Below, one piece after another: positions 36,417-49,309 of a stretch of DNA of 64,000 nucleotides. The stretch lies in contig NC_058368.1 of the NCBI RefSeq assembly GCF_018350175.1, forward strand, positions 53,570,001-53,634,000. Direction: 5' to 3'. The notes beneath the pieces were generated by a model that ran no database searches, was not told the DNA's origin, and worked only from the letters and a program-made list of their open reading frames with translations. This stretch comes from Felis catus. Lineage: Eukaryota. Made by a program: the position numbers and the translations under genes. Each line of letters opens with the position of its first letter. Positions within the stretch are counted from its first letter, which is position 1.

Positions 36417-37449
36417 ACAGGTAGATTCTTCAAAGGATGCTCACTACCTTCATTCCCACCCATACTCCCCACATCTACCCTCTCCCACATGAGGGTTAAG
36501 TCAGAATCTTTCAAAGACAGCCTTCCCATTGCCAATATCTGAGAACATCCCTCTCTACTTCACTCCTCTGAATCTTGAAGGTAGTAGATTTCAGATATAC
36601 TTAAATTTTAAAATATCCAGATCTTCTTTATTCATAGACAATGGAACTGTTTTTTTTTTCCTTTTTAAAAATAGTATAGTTTTGGTGTCTTGCCATGTGC
36701 ATTTAGTGGGGTGTTGTGTCATGGAGCAGATAGTGGGAGAGGGGAGAAGTGGAGGAGAGTTCCAAGGATTCCTGCAGAAATAGTTCCAGACAGTTTTCCT
36801 TTTTAATGTGTTTTTTTTTTTTTTTAAATAGAGATCTTTGTCATTGTATTTGGCGAATTCAGGGCAAAAGTCTGGGAAACTGTTAAGAACCTCCTCAGCT
36901 ATTTTTGCCAAGACTTTCTGTATGGTTCTCCAGGCCTCTGTATTGTTTTCACTAATGGTCTGTGGTTAATTCCTAAGAAAGCCAAATATAAATGTACTAA
37001 AACCCAGCAAAACAAGCCTAAGTCCTAAAATTAAACCTAATGGCATAATGATGATGGTTCTACTTAAGCGAATACTTACTAAGGACAAAAAAATTGTTAA
37101 GCCAAATCACTCCAACTATCCAAGGGGTAGTAGCACAATGGAATGATCCTCATGGAATATCTGAATGTATCAACCCCACATAGTCCTACATTCCTTCCTG
37201 ACCACAGGAAGTTACTACAATGATTTCTAGAGTAGTTAATGGAAAATAGTTATTTGAATAATCTTTAGAATTATAAAGGCATTTCAGTGGGTTAATGTAA
37301 TTGGTTCTTTTCAAGGAGTCCTATCTGATTGTCTATAATTTGATACAGAAGGATTTTATAATGCAAATTTCAAATATCATGAGACATTGCATATAAATAT
37401 CAATGCAGTATTTTACAATCCTGAGGTGCTGATTTGCTTCCAGAGACAT

Positions 37450-37850
37450 CTTTTTTTAAAAAAAATAGCCTTATCAAGGTATATTTTACAAACAAAATTT
37501 TTACCCATTATAAGTGTACAATTGAATAACTTTCAGTAAATTTACAGGATTGTGCAACCATCACCACAATCCAGCTTTAGTACATTTCTGTCACCTCCAA
37601 AAGTTCCCTCGCGTCTGTTTGTAGAACCCATTCCTATTCTCAGTTCTAGGCAACTAGTGATGTACTTTCTGTCTCTCTAAATTTGCCTTTCCTGTACCTA
37701 TCATAGAAATGGAATCCTACAATGTGTAGTCTTGCGTGCCTACCTTCTTTAACATAGTGTAATATTCTGGGGAGCCATTCATGTTCTAGATAACATGTAT
37801 TGGTAGCTCGTTTTTGCTTTTAGTATTCCATTTAATAGAGTTCTATATGT
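37450..37850 (-). mobile_element. L1MB-like 3' end
   Basis: aagtgtacaatt...ttgtgcaaccatcaccacaatc...aaatggaatc. Confidence 0.88.
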
Positions 37851-38109
37851 ATTGAATTTCATGTAAGGGATGTATATACATTTTTTAATTGAGGTATAAC
37901 TGACATATTTTGTTAACTTTTCCAATTCTCAGTGTCTCTCTCTTCATTCATAGAAATATTACAGTGGCTTCTTAATGGCAGGAAAACAAAACAAAAAACC
38001 CTGAGGGTCTCACTTACTGACTGCTTGCATCCTTGGAAAGATTAGGATTTGTAATAGCTAAATTGAAATTGGTTATTTGTATCCTTCCCCCCCACCCCCA
38101 CCCCTTGAT

Positions 38110-38330
38110 TTTGAATCCTTGAATCATGGAGCCAGTGAATCTCTTTAAATTCCATGCTTAAAATTTGTGCGAATATATATCATATATATATGTGAATATA
38201 TGTGCAAGTATGTCATATATGTGTGTATATATATATATATATATTTATATAATTTTTTTAGAGAGACTGTCTATAGCTATAATCAGATTCTCAAATGGTC
38301 TGTTAACCTAAAACAACTCAAGATCCAATC
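38110..38330. mobile_element. hAT-Charlie-type MITE containing (TA)n-rich microsatellite
   Basis: atagctataatcagattctcaaatggtctg...aacctaaaa resembles an old Charlie MITE; TA-rich run at about 38,170-38,250. Confidence 0.5.
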
Positions 38331-39487
38331 TTAGTGTTCTATTTGGTTCCATCCTTGACCCATTTTCCTTCATCTTTGGAAAACATTTACTCTCATGACT
38401 TCGTGACTTCATGACTTCAGCAACCAGCAGATAGGCTTCTTGGAAGAGCCTGGATAGAAACTTATTTTTCTTATCCTAAATTATGGCATTTCTAAGTGTA
38501 TATTGACGTACAAGGAGGCCATCCTTTTCTAAGCATAAACTGGAGGTTTGGGTTCTGTATCTTATATTCCTTGTTTACCTTATCACTCTGTCTTCAACCT
38601 TAAGTTTTCCCACCTTAAAAGGATAGGCAAGCTGGAAACTTGACATTTTTTCTCTGGAACTTTATCACCTTTCATCATTTACATCTGTCCTACTGAGTCT
38701 GGAAACCCCTGCACCTTCCCCAACACATGCCCGCATGCATTTATAGTAAATTATCCCGTTATTTTTTTTTAAATTTAATTCTAGTGTAGTTAACATAGTG
38801 TTATACTAACAGGTATACAGTACACTGATTCAATAATTCTAGACATTACTCAGTGCTCATCACAATAAGTGTACTTTTAATCCCCTTCACTTATTTCATC
38901 CATCCCCTCACACACCTCCCCTCTGGTAAACATCTGGTCGTTCTCTATAGTTGAATCTATTTTTTGGTTTGTCTCTCTTTTCTTTTATTAAATTCCACAA
39001 ATGAGTGAAATCATATGGTATTTGTCTTTCTCTTACTTCTTTCACTTAGCATTCTACTCTCTTGTTCCATTCATGTTGTTGCAAATGGCAAGATTTCTTT
39101 GTATATTTTGTGGCTGAATAATATTCAGTATCTGGCCATTTTTATGTCTTTTGGAGAAATGTCTGTCCACATCTTTTGTCAATTTTTAGATTGTTTTTGT
39201 GTTCTTCATATATTTTGGATACTAACTCTTTATTGGATATATCATTTGCAGATTATCTTCTCCCATTCAGTAGGTTGTCTGTTCTGTTGACTATTTGCTT
39301 TGCTGTGCAGAAGTTTTTTATTTCGATATATTCCCAATAGTTTAATTTTTGTTTTTGTTTCCTTGCCTCAGGAGACCTATCTAGAAAAATGTTGCTATGG
39401 CTGATGTCAAGAAATTACTGTCTGTGTTCTTTTAGGATTTTTATGGCTTCGGGGCTCATATTTACATCTTTAGTCCATTTCGATTGT

Positions 39488-39491
<4 letters not shown>

Positions 39492-39544
<53 letters not shown>
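39492..39544 (+). repeat. (TG)n microsatellite
   Basis: Perfect TG run of about 26 units. Confidence 0.98.
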
Positions 39545-39547
<3 letters not shown>

Positions 39548-39814
39548 TACTATGTGAGAAAGTGGTCCAGTTTTATTTTGCATGTAGCTGTCCAGTTTTA
39601 TTGAAGAGGTCATTGAAGAGACTTTTCACATTGTATATTCTTCCTTTGTCAAATATGAGTTAACTACGTAATTACGGGTTTATTCCTGGGCTCTCTATTC
39701 TGTTCCATTCATCTATATGTCTGTTTTTGTGCCAATGCTATACTGTTTTGATTACCTCAGGTTTGTATTATATCCTGAAATCTGGGATTGTGATACCTCC
39801 AGTTCTGTTGTTCT

Positions 39815-39927
39815 TTTTTTCTTTTTTCTTTTCGTTTATTTTGAGAGAGAAAGTGCAATCGTGAGATCATGACCTGAGACAAAACCAAGAGTCAGGCGCT
39901 TAACTGAATGAGCCACCTAGATGCTCC
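39815..39927 (-). mobile_element. Internally deleted CAN-SINE nested in L1
   Basis: Head (gagatcatgacctgag...gagccacctagatgctcc) joined almost directly to the tail; TSD tgtt(g/c)ttctttt. Confidence 0.85.
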
Positions 39928-41189
39928 TGTTCTTCTTTTCAAGAGTAGTTTGGCTATCTGGGGTCTTTTGTGGTTCCATACAGTTTTAGAATGATTTGTT
40001 CTATGGAAAAATGCTGTTGGTATTTTGATAGAGATTGCATTAAATCTGTAGATTGCTTTGGGTACTATGGACATTTTAACAATATTGGTTTTTCCAGTCC
40101 ATGAGCGTGGACTATCTTTCTATTTCTTTGTGTTGTCTTCAATTTTCTTTCATCGGTGTTTTACAGTTTTTAGAGTACAGATTTTTCACCTCCTTGGTTA
40201 AGTTTATTCCTAGGTGTATTATGACTTTTTGTGTAATTGTAAATAGGATTGTTTTCTTAATTTCTTTTCTGCTTCATTATTAGTGTATAGTAATACAACA
40301 GATTTCTATATATTGATTTTTGTATCCTGTGACTTTATGAATTCATTTATCAGTTCTAGTAGATTTTTGGTGGGGGTCTTTGGGGTTTTTTATATATAGT
40401 ATCATGTCCTTTGCAAATAGTGAAAGGTTCATTTCTTCCTTAGCAATTCAGATGCCCTTTATTTCTTTTTCTTGTCTGATTGCTCTGGCTAGGACTTCCA
40501 ATACCATGTTGAATAAAAGTGGTGAGAGTGGACATCCTGGTCTTGTTCCTGACCTTAGGGGAAAAGCTCTGTTTCTTTTTTGAGTGTGATGTTCTCTGTG
40601 GGGTTTATTATGTTGAGGGATGTTCACTCTAATCCTACTTTGTTGAGGGTTTTTATCATGAATGGATGTTGTACTTTGTCAAATGTTTTTTCTGCATCTG
40701 TTGAAGTAATCATATGGCTTTTATTCTCGTTAATATGACCTGTCATGTTAATTCATGTGCAAATATTGAAACTCCCTTGCATCCTGTGAATAAATCCCAC
40801 TTGATTGTGGTGAATGATTTTTTAAAAATATGTTGTTGGATTCGATGTGCTAATATTTTGTTAAGGATTTTTGCTGGTGATTTTTGCATCTATGTTCATC
40901 AGAGATATTGGACTATAGATTTTTTTTTGGATTTCTCTCTCTGGTTTTGGTATCAGGGTCATGCTAGCCTCATAGAATGAATTTGGAAGCTTTCCTTCTT
41001 TGGTTGTTTGGAATACTTTGAGAAGCATACTGTCTGGTCCTGGACTTTTGTTTGTTGGGAGTTTTTTTGATTACTGATTTAATTTCATTGTTAGTAATTG
41101 GTCTGTTTGAATTTTTTATTTCTTCTTAAGTTTTGGGAGGTTATAGGTTTCCAGGAATTTGTCCACTGTTTTCTGTGTTGTCCAATTTA

Positions 41190-41422
41190 TTTTTATTTTT
41201 ATTTCTAAAATTTTTTTTTAACGTTTATTTATTTTTGAGACAGAGAGAGACAGAGCATGAACGGGGGAGGAGCAGAGAGAGAGGGAAACACAGAATCGGA
41301 AGCAGGCTCCAGGCTCTGGGCCATCAGCCCAGAGCCCGACGCGGGGCTCGAACTCACGGACCGTGAGATCGTGACCTGAGCTGAAGTCGGACACTCAACC
41401 AACTGAGCCACCCAGGCGCCCC
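41190..41422 (-). mobile_element. Young CAN-SINE nested in L1
   Basis: CpG-rich full copy; perfect TSD tgtgttgtccaattta at 41,174-41,189 and 41,423-41,438. Confidence 0.98.
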
Positions 41423-42029
41423 TGTGTTGTCCAATTTAAATGACACCAATTCTAAATGCACAGTTGGGTATTCTAGTAGAGAGATGAATCCCTATGGTCA
41501 CACAACACATTCACTGGTATTTTTCTCAGATCTACCTATATCACTATCATTTTTCTCAATCCACAAAACTCTTAACTGTGGATATTTTTTTTAAAGGATC
41601 CTTCCCAGAAAAATGGTCTTGTGATATGGCATTAGACAAGGATGCTTTGTTTAGGGATCTTTAGTGGTGAACTTGGAAAAGAATTACTTTCCATTTGGAA
41701 GATCTGGTACCTTCCCCAGGTTACAACAGAAAGCAGCCTTCAGTCCTGTGAGTTTTCCGAGAAGTAGGAATAGCATGACCACTGATTCAGTCAACCAAAA
41801 AGCATTTCTGGAGCCCCTAGTTTTAACAGTTCTGTGCAGGGAATGTAAGAAAAACATTCAGGGGAGAAGAAACTAAGTCAACACATACTTCAACCATCTG
41901 TACGCTATTACTGATGTCCATATAATCTTCAAGCGTTGACCTGTTTCCCAAACTCCAGAGCTGACTGTACAGCTACCTAATGGACAGCTCCATCTGCATG
42001 TGGTATAGAAAGAAGCTGTGTGCACTAAA

Positions 42030-42880
42030 TGCCCCGGTTGAACATCTTGTCTCTCCAAGGTGCTGCTGCTTCTGCACGCACCATCTTAGTGGAAATGACA
42101 CCCAAATAATCGCCCAATTCCTTCCTCTCACGCTTTAACAACATTTAATGGCCGGTGAGGTCAGTTAATTATACCTCAGAAATATCTGTCCTGTATAGTT
42201 CCTCCTCTCTATCTCCATTGTCACTTCCTTATTTTGGGTCCTCCTTCTCTTTGCTTAGATTCTTGTAGGAGTATTCCAACTGATCTCCCCACTGCCAGAC
42301 TTGCTGCCATCTGTCCCTCCCCACCCTGTTACCGTGTGATCCCCCGCTTCAAAACCCTTGCTGCTTCCTCCTGCACAGGATAAAGCCTAAATCCTGATAT
42401 ACGTAGGATTCTTCACAGTGTTTGTGGCACGTTCTCATTGTGACTCGTCTGTGCCCTTCCTCACCAGGCGCTGAGTTCCAGCTAATCCAAACATCCCTCC
42501 TGTTTCCCAAATGCCACTCCTTTTCATAAGTCCATGCTTTTGGAAAGACTGCGAAACTAACAACGTACTATCCTGTTGCACCTTCTCTTCTCCAGGTTTA
42601 GAATTCTCCTCATCCTGCTCTTTTTGTTTGGCAGAGTAAAAACAACTGCTTCTCATTCAAGTCCCTGTGCAGCTGTTATCTCTTTTTACCACCACTGCTC
42701 CCATTCCTAGGAAAAGTTAGAGTTTCTTCTGTGTCTCTCCAGTTCCCTTTCCTCTGTGGATATGGTTTCTATCTCAATCTCAGTCACTACGTGGGCTCCT
42801 GGAGGCCATGGAATTTTATATACCCAGTGTCTGACATAGTGCCTGGCATACAGGAGGTTTTTGATAAATGAATAATGAAG
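42030..42880 (+). mobile_element. L2 fragments
   Basis: caggataaagcctaaatcct...; 3' end cccagtgtctgacatagtgcctggcataca...ataaatgaat. Confidence 0.7.
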
Positions 42881-42884
42881 TTTT

Positions 42885-43040
42885 CAAAGACGGTGGTAAT
42901 CATATAGCTTGCGTTGCTCATTTTTACCATCAAGAAACTTGAGACCCAGTGGAATTTGGGGAATTGCATAATTTAAGGCAGATTCTGGAATAGAACCAAG
43001 GTGTCTTGGCTTAGTTTAATGCTCCTTCCACTATACAGCA
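42885..43040 (-). mobile_element. MIR
   Basis: ctcatttttac...aagaaacttgagaccca...ggcagattctggaatagaaccaagg. Confidence 0.6.
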
Positions 43041-43229
43041 TGGCAAAATTAATTTGACAGATTTCTAAGGAAAGAATCTTTAGTTTCAGTGACAAAATGT
43101 AACTCAGTAAGACAAGGAGATTTATTGGTGGAAAAAGAAAAATTTGCTGTATTTCATAGAGGTTATCCTATTCTATTAACTTTTTATCCAAGGCAGAAAA
43201 GTATGAAGATGACTGAAAGGGAGCAAGGA

Positions 43230-43440
43230 GGGCACCTGGGTGGATCAGTTGGTTAAGTGTCCGACTTCAGCTCAGGTCATGATCTTGCAGTTTGTGGTTT
43301 TGAGCGCTGCATCCAGATCTGCACTGGTGGTGTGGAGCCTGCTTGGGATCCTCTCTGTCTCCCTCTCTCTGCCTATTCCCAACTTGCGTGAGTGCACACA
43401 CGCTCTCTCTCTCTCAAATAAACTCAAAAAAAAAAAAAAA
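43230..43440 (+). mobile_element. CAN-SINE
   Basis: gggcacctgggtggatcagttggttaag head, CT region and A tail. Confidence 0.95.
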
Positions 43441-43984
43441 AGCAAGAATTCCAGGCCTAGAGAAATGATTCTAATGGAAAAATGACAGTACTTTGCCTAA
43501 ACTCATCGGTTGGTGTTGGTTAGTGGAGAAAGATTCCTTCCCTTACACTCTAAAGTAAGTGAATGTGGAAACTTCACAGATCCCCAGGGATCAGTGCTTG
43601 GCTGAGGGACTGGCAGTGAGAGGAACAGGAAAGGAGTATTTCTTTTGAAAGAGAGCCAAACACATGTTTCATTATTCTGGGTTCCCTGTTAGAGGCAAGT
43701 GACTTGATTGAAAATATTCAGTTTTGTTTATATTTTCATAAAAATTTTGAATACACAGAACTAAAAGTCTGGGAAGGAGAACCAGAATTAATACTTTATT
43801 GTCAAAAGGAGATGCCCAGAGTTGGGGTACACATTGTGGAGTGGAAAAGATAGAATTTAGAGTGTTTCATTTGTAGTTATTTTTACTCTGAATCAAAGTA
43901 ATTTGGTAGTGAAATAATTACTCATTAGAGTGTATTAACGCAGACTGTGTCTACCTCACCTTACTAAATTGAGAAAGATATTAA

Positions 43985-44182
43985 GGTGCCTGGGTAGCTC
44001 AGTCAATTAAGCGTCTGACTCTTGATTTTGGCTCGGGTCAGGATCTCATGGTTTGTGAGTTCGAGCCCTGTGTGGAGGTCCTCACTGACAATGTGGAGCC
44101 TGCTTGGGATTCTCTCTCCCCCTCTCTCTGCCCCTCCCTCACTTGCACTCCCTCACTCTCTCTCTCAAAATAAGCAAATAAA
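43985..44182 (+). mobile_element. CAN-SINE
   Basis: ggtgcctgggtagctcagtc head, B-box gagttcgagccc, CT region. Confidence 0.95.
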
Positions 44183-46514
44183 CATATAGATTCTATGGCA
44201 GAAGGCAGAAATCTAGACTATATCTGAGAGGCAGATTTAAGGAATGAAAGATTAAAGCACACACATTTGGGAGAATGATGAATTTCACACCATTAGCGCA
44301 GCTGCCAATAGAGAAGAGAAAGGAATGGTGAATTTATATCGGGGACCAGCTGCTGCTCTGAGGAGGCCAGGGAGGAGAAGGGAGCCATGGGGATCCATGC
44401 TGGGGCTGGAGGTGGTGGGAGGGACCAAGCGGAGACCCCAGAAGAAGGTCTGAGTTGCTTTGAGCTGAAAGAAGACCCGCTAATCTGCTTCCAACAGTGA
44501 GGAAGACAGGATTGGAAACTGGATTGTGCATGCTTCTGGAAGAAGAATAGATCTGGAGAGTAGAGACTTGCTGTACTTTCTACTGGATGTTTAGCAGAGC
44601 TTTGAGGTGGTAGAACGAGGGTTAATTTTTCAGTCTCCTTGACAGCTAAAATTCTTCTAGATTTTCTAAGATGGTCACCAACAATGTAATTTCTGGGGCA
44701 ACTTCTGGCTCAATAGCTTCTCAGACAGCTGCTCTGAGCAGTTAGGTTGCTTCTACTCCACCTGTGTCCAGTAAGCAACCTGGGTTTGGGGACCACTTCT
44801 TTTACCCCATTGCTTCCACTGACTTCATTTAGCTACCTTGTTGCCTGTCAGTCTCCTACTCGCCCCTTTTCATGGTCTGGAACTTTCATCCTCTTTTTTT
44901 TCCTGTTCTCTACCCACAGTCTAAGTTAATTCATTTCATTTCCGTCTCTTTAGGACCCTCGTTTCTTCTTTTTAAGAGTGCAGCATGGGTCTGACAAAGT
45001 TCTCCATCACTTTGCGACGTTACCCATCCCAGAAAATACATTGTTATTTGAAACCTGGCCCATTGGAACTAAGAGTGACTCTATGATTGTGGGCTCAGGT
45101 ATCATGAAGTTATATAGGTGGGTCCCATGGGACCAGAATCCGGGGAAGTGTTGGAAGGACAGGAGGCCGTATTGAACCATTTTTAAAATGTGAAATTCTA
45201 ATTAAGAATTATAATATGTGTGAAGGGTTTCTGGGTACCTTGCATGGAAAGTCCTAGTCAAATGCCAAATATTAGCATTCCTGTCATTATAGAGTCCCAG
45301 GGACCCAAAGCAGGGAGGCACTGAGGAATTTGCAACCGAATATCCTCCTCCAGGCCCTTTAGCACCTTCTAAAGATTTCATAAATCAGGGAATATGCAAT
45401 GGTTTGCTGAAGGGATAAGTGTTTGAGAGGTGATGAAGTTTACTCAGAGAACTTAGAGTTCAGTTTTATTTGAACTAAAGCTGTGAATGGACCTTCAGTG
45501 CTGAGGATCCTTCTGGGCCTGTTTAAATAGTCACTCCAGTTCCCTTCTTGAGCAGTTTTGCATGGCAGCCAGTGAGTGCTACAAATGCTGATCTGTGCTG
45601 CCTGGGGCCCTGTCCTGGGACAGAGCATGGTGCCAACGCCTTGCAACCCAATCCTTCAAGCACCAGCTCCAGGCACAAGCCTGCCTGAAGTTTTTCTTGA
45701 CAACTCCTGGTCCTGCCCTTCTTTGAACTCATGTAAGCTTTTTGGTGTTGCACTATTAATTTAACTTTTCGTGTATGTATAGCAGGATGGAGAATTCTGT
45801 TCACCAGAACTTCTGGGCACTGCTACTGTTTGGGAGAATGACCTTCCCAGTGGCTGCCTGGTGAGGTCGGTCACTCACAGAGGGGGTGGGGTGTACAGGC
45901 TCCAAGACGGCAAGGGAGGAAGACCAGGAACGCAGTGTGGGGTGAGGGGAACTCCCTGCTGGGAGAGAGTGTAAGTGTTTCTCTCACCATTGGCTTTCCA
46001 GGCAGAGAAACAAGTGGATATATCCAAAAATATTCAGGAAAGCATTTGTTTTTTGGTGAAGTACTACTACATAAAAAGTCCATGGCATCTAGCTTAATCT
46101 TAGGATTGCTCTAGTCTTCCTGTTTCATTTGTTGTTCATGTATACATTCCTTATATATTTATTGAGTAACTTTTATGAACCAGGCACTGTTCTAGGTCTG
46201 GAGATTTGGCAAATAAGACTGATATTCTGGTGGAGAGACGGAAAATATAAGGTAGAGACAGAGGAGATAATGTCAAATATTATTAGATCTATGAAGAAAA
46301 TCGAACAGGGGAATTTGGAAAGTAGTTTTGTCCAGCTTTTATGTGGGTTTCCCATGTGTGGCTTATTATCCCAAAGTAGTTGTGAACTTCCCAGGACTAT
46401 GCCTTCACATCTTGATATCCTCCATTGTTCTCACAAAATACCTTCTGCCTTTGTAGATAGTCAATAGTTCAAATATATTAATCTAAGAATAGAGTTCTAT
46501 AATGAGACAACTGT

Positions 46515-46857
46515 GTTTTTATTACAATATTGACTATATTCCCTATGCTGTACTTTTCCTCTCTGTGACTTATCTTACAGTTGGAAGTTTGTACCTCTTA
46601 ATCTCCTTTATTTCATTCATCCCTCACTTACCTCCCCTCTGGCAATGACTGTTTTGTTCTCTGTATTTAAGAGCCTGTTTTTTGGTTTATTTTTTTGTTC
46701 ATTGTTTTGTTTTTCAGATTCCACATATAAGTGAAATCATATGGTATTTGTCTTTCTCTGACTTCTTTCATTTAGCATAATCCCCTCTAAGTCCATCTAT
46801 GGTATTGCAAATGGCAAGATCTCATTCTTTTTTTATATTCCCTCGTGTGTATACATA

Positions 46858-46894
<37 letters not shown>

Positions 46895-47352
46895 CAGTCC
46901 ATCTATATCACATCTTCTTTATCCATCTATTGGTGGACACTTGGGTTGCTTTCATATCTTGGCTATTGTAAATAATGCTTCAATAAACCTAGGGATGCAT
47001 CGATTTTTGAATTCATGTTTTTGTTTTCTTTGAGAAAATAGTAGTGGAAATAACGGATCATATGGTAGTTCTATTTTTAATGTTTTGAGGAACCTTCATA
47101 CTGTTTTCCACAGTGGCCGCACCAATTTATATTCCTGCCAACAGTGCATGAGGGTTGCCTTTTCTCCACATCCTCGCCAACACTTCTTATTTCTTGTCTT
47201 TTTGATTCTAGCCATTCTGACAGGTGTAATCTCATTGTGGTTTTGATTTGTGTTTCCCTGTTTAGTGATGTTGAACATCTCTTCCTGTGTCATCTATGTC
47301 TTTGGAAAAATGTCTTAAGGTCTTCTGTCTGTTTTTGAGTTGGTTGTTTTTG
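46515..47352 (-). mobile_element. L1 3' segment (non-inverted part), contains (TG)n
   Basis: ORF2 Cys-rich peptide [16 protein letters not shown]...PLWKTV (ORF 47,096-47,293) and 3' UTR; (TG)n at about 46,860-46,890. Confidence 0.95.
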
Positions 47353-47736
47353 ATAGCTACATGTAAAAGAATGAAACTGGACCACGTTCTTACACCATAC
47401 ACAAAAATAAACTTATAATGGATTGAAAACCTAAATGGTAAGACCTGAAATCCTAAAACTCCTAGAAGAAAACTTAGGCAATGATTTCTTGACATCATCC
47501 TGAGCAGCATTTTTCTAGATAGGTCTCCTTGAGGAAGGGAAATAAGAGTGAAAATAAGCTATTGAGACTACATCAAAATAAAAAGCTTTTGCACAGTGAA
47601 GGAAACCAAGATGAAAAGGCAACCTACTAAATGGGAGAAGATACTTGCAAATGATACAATTGATAAGGTGTTAATACCCAAAATATATAAATAACTTATA
47701 TAATTTAACATTAAAGAAAACCCTCAAATAATCCAA
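47353..47736 (+). mobile_element. L1 ORF2 segment in inverted orientation
   Basis: atagctacatgtaaaagaatgaaactggacc...aaataatccaa, the ORF2 part immediately upstream of the adjacent minus-strand segment. Confidence 0.93.
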
Positions 47737-48916
47737 GACATTTGGTTCTGTTGGGTTTCTTAAATTTTGTTGGGTGATCTAGGTACCTTGAAGCCCTTAG
47801 GTACCTCCTCAGAATAATAACTTTAAAATATGCAGACAACAAAATCACTGTAGTCTACGCTTCTCTGATTCCCAGCTGATGATCACTGAGAGACCACATA
47901 TGTATTCTTCATAACAAGTACTGTGAAGGGAAAACTAAGCTTTGGACACTACGGCTCTCCTTATTTCTGCAATACTGACAAAATGAGCACAGTGACTAAA
48001 GCGAGCTACCTCTGACATTCTGGGGAAAAGAATAATCCAATTATTCTTTTGGATTTACCTATCAGGTGAAGTTGGATACTAGTCATATAGCTAGGGAGAC
48101 AGTGGTTCAGAAAGTTAATGCCAATTCACTGGTCTGGTATTCTAGTCAGGACTGTGGGGTGTGCTAGGTTAAAGCATGAGGTACACACCTGGGAGGGTAA
48201 TCACCTTATTGGAAAATTACAATGACACAGGTTGGGAAGGAAGGAAGCCATGAGGCAGGATGGAGCTTGCCTAGAGCTAGTCTCCAGAGAGCCCACTCTG
48301 AGGGGCCAGGGACAGGTGAGCAGAAAGTACATATGAGGGCCCAGAGCAGAGGGGCGAGGGTTCACTACAAGGTTCCACAGGCTGTAGTGAAGGATGCAAG
48401 ACTTTGGTCTCTAGGCTTTCCTGGAAGCCCAAGTTTAGGGGAATTCCCTGTGAATTCACAGATCATTCAGAAACCAGTCTAGTTTTTTCCATAAAGGCAA
48501 GCTGTTGAATAGGGTTTCCTCTTTGGATTTAACTTAGGTGACTCAACAATGCATAGGATAGCAACAAAGCTACATGCCTTGAGGCTTCTGATTCTCAGAA
48601 AGCAGTAAGAGCTGGTGGCGGATTGGCTGGCACCATCTACTCTGCTTTTTCCATCTTTTCCTAGTCCCCTGTGGCCTGTCTTCAACTGGATGTGCCCCAC
48701 AATGGCCTCACACTCCACATATCCAAGGCTGACCAGATCTGCTGCCTTTCCTTTGTTGCTTTAGGGTAACATTCTTTTCTAAGCTACATTAATTAAAAAA
48801 ACAATGGAGCTTTTAAACTTTTTCTTCATGCTTTGCCATAATGCAGTACACAGTACAAAAACACTTCATACGTTTAAAACATCTCCTATCTTCCTTATTT
48901 AAGAGCAGCAGCTCTT

Positions 48917-49106
48917 TTTTTTTTTTTAAATTATGTTGAGAGAGAGTGAGAGAGAGCCTAAGTGGGGGAGGGACAGAGAGGAGAGACAGAATCCCAAGAA
49001 GTCTCCACACCATCAATGTGGGGCTCGAAGTCACGAACTGTGAGATCATGACCTGAGCTGAGATCAGGGGTCGGACACTTAACTGACTGCACCACCCAGT
49101 CACTCC
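48917..49106 (-). mobile_element. CAN-SINE
   Basis: Perfect 17-bp TSD taagagcagcagctctt at 48,900-48,916 and 49,107-49,123. Confidence 0.97.
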
Positions 49107-49309
49107 TAAGAGCAGCAGCTCTTAAGCAGGATATGAGCTCATTTCTAGGTTTCTACCTAAGCCTTATAACTGAGGTTCTATTTTTTTTTTTATCGTCTGT
49201 TTCTTTCATTATAATTCTTTATATGTTTCTTATCCCTGACCCTCACACTCTCCCCTTTGGAAAACAAATACACACTATCCCAATGATGCTTAAGATTGTT
49301 TTTCCCCCT

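Larger units (their letters stand above)
38762..41440 (-). mobile_element. Degenerate L1 (3' UTR plus part of ORF2), with internal deletions and nested SINEs
   Basis: ORF2-like peptide [23 protein letters not shown] in ORF 39,892-40,074; antisense RT-region sequence (aggacttccaataccatgttgaataaaagtggtgagag); L1 3' UTR at the left end. Confidence 0.95.

Noticed and set aside
38392..38419. Triple 8-mer tc(a/g)tgact
   Set aside because: Simple local slippage repeat with no spacer structure.
39892..40980. L1 ORF2-like peptides as a functional reverse transcriptase
   Set aside because: Fragmented by stops, deletions and nested SINEs; no ORF1 or 5' UTR.
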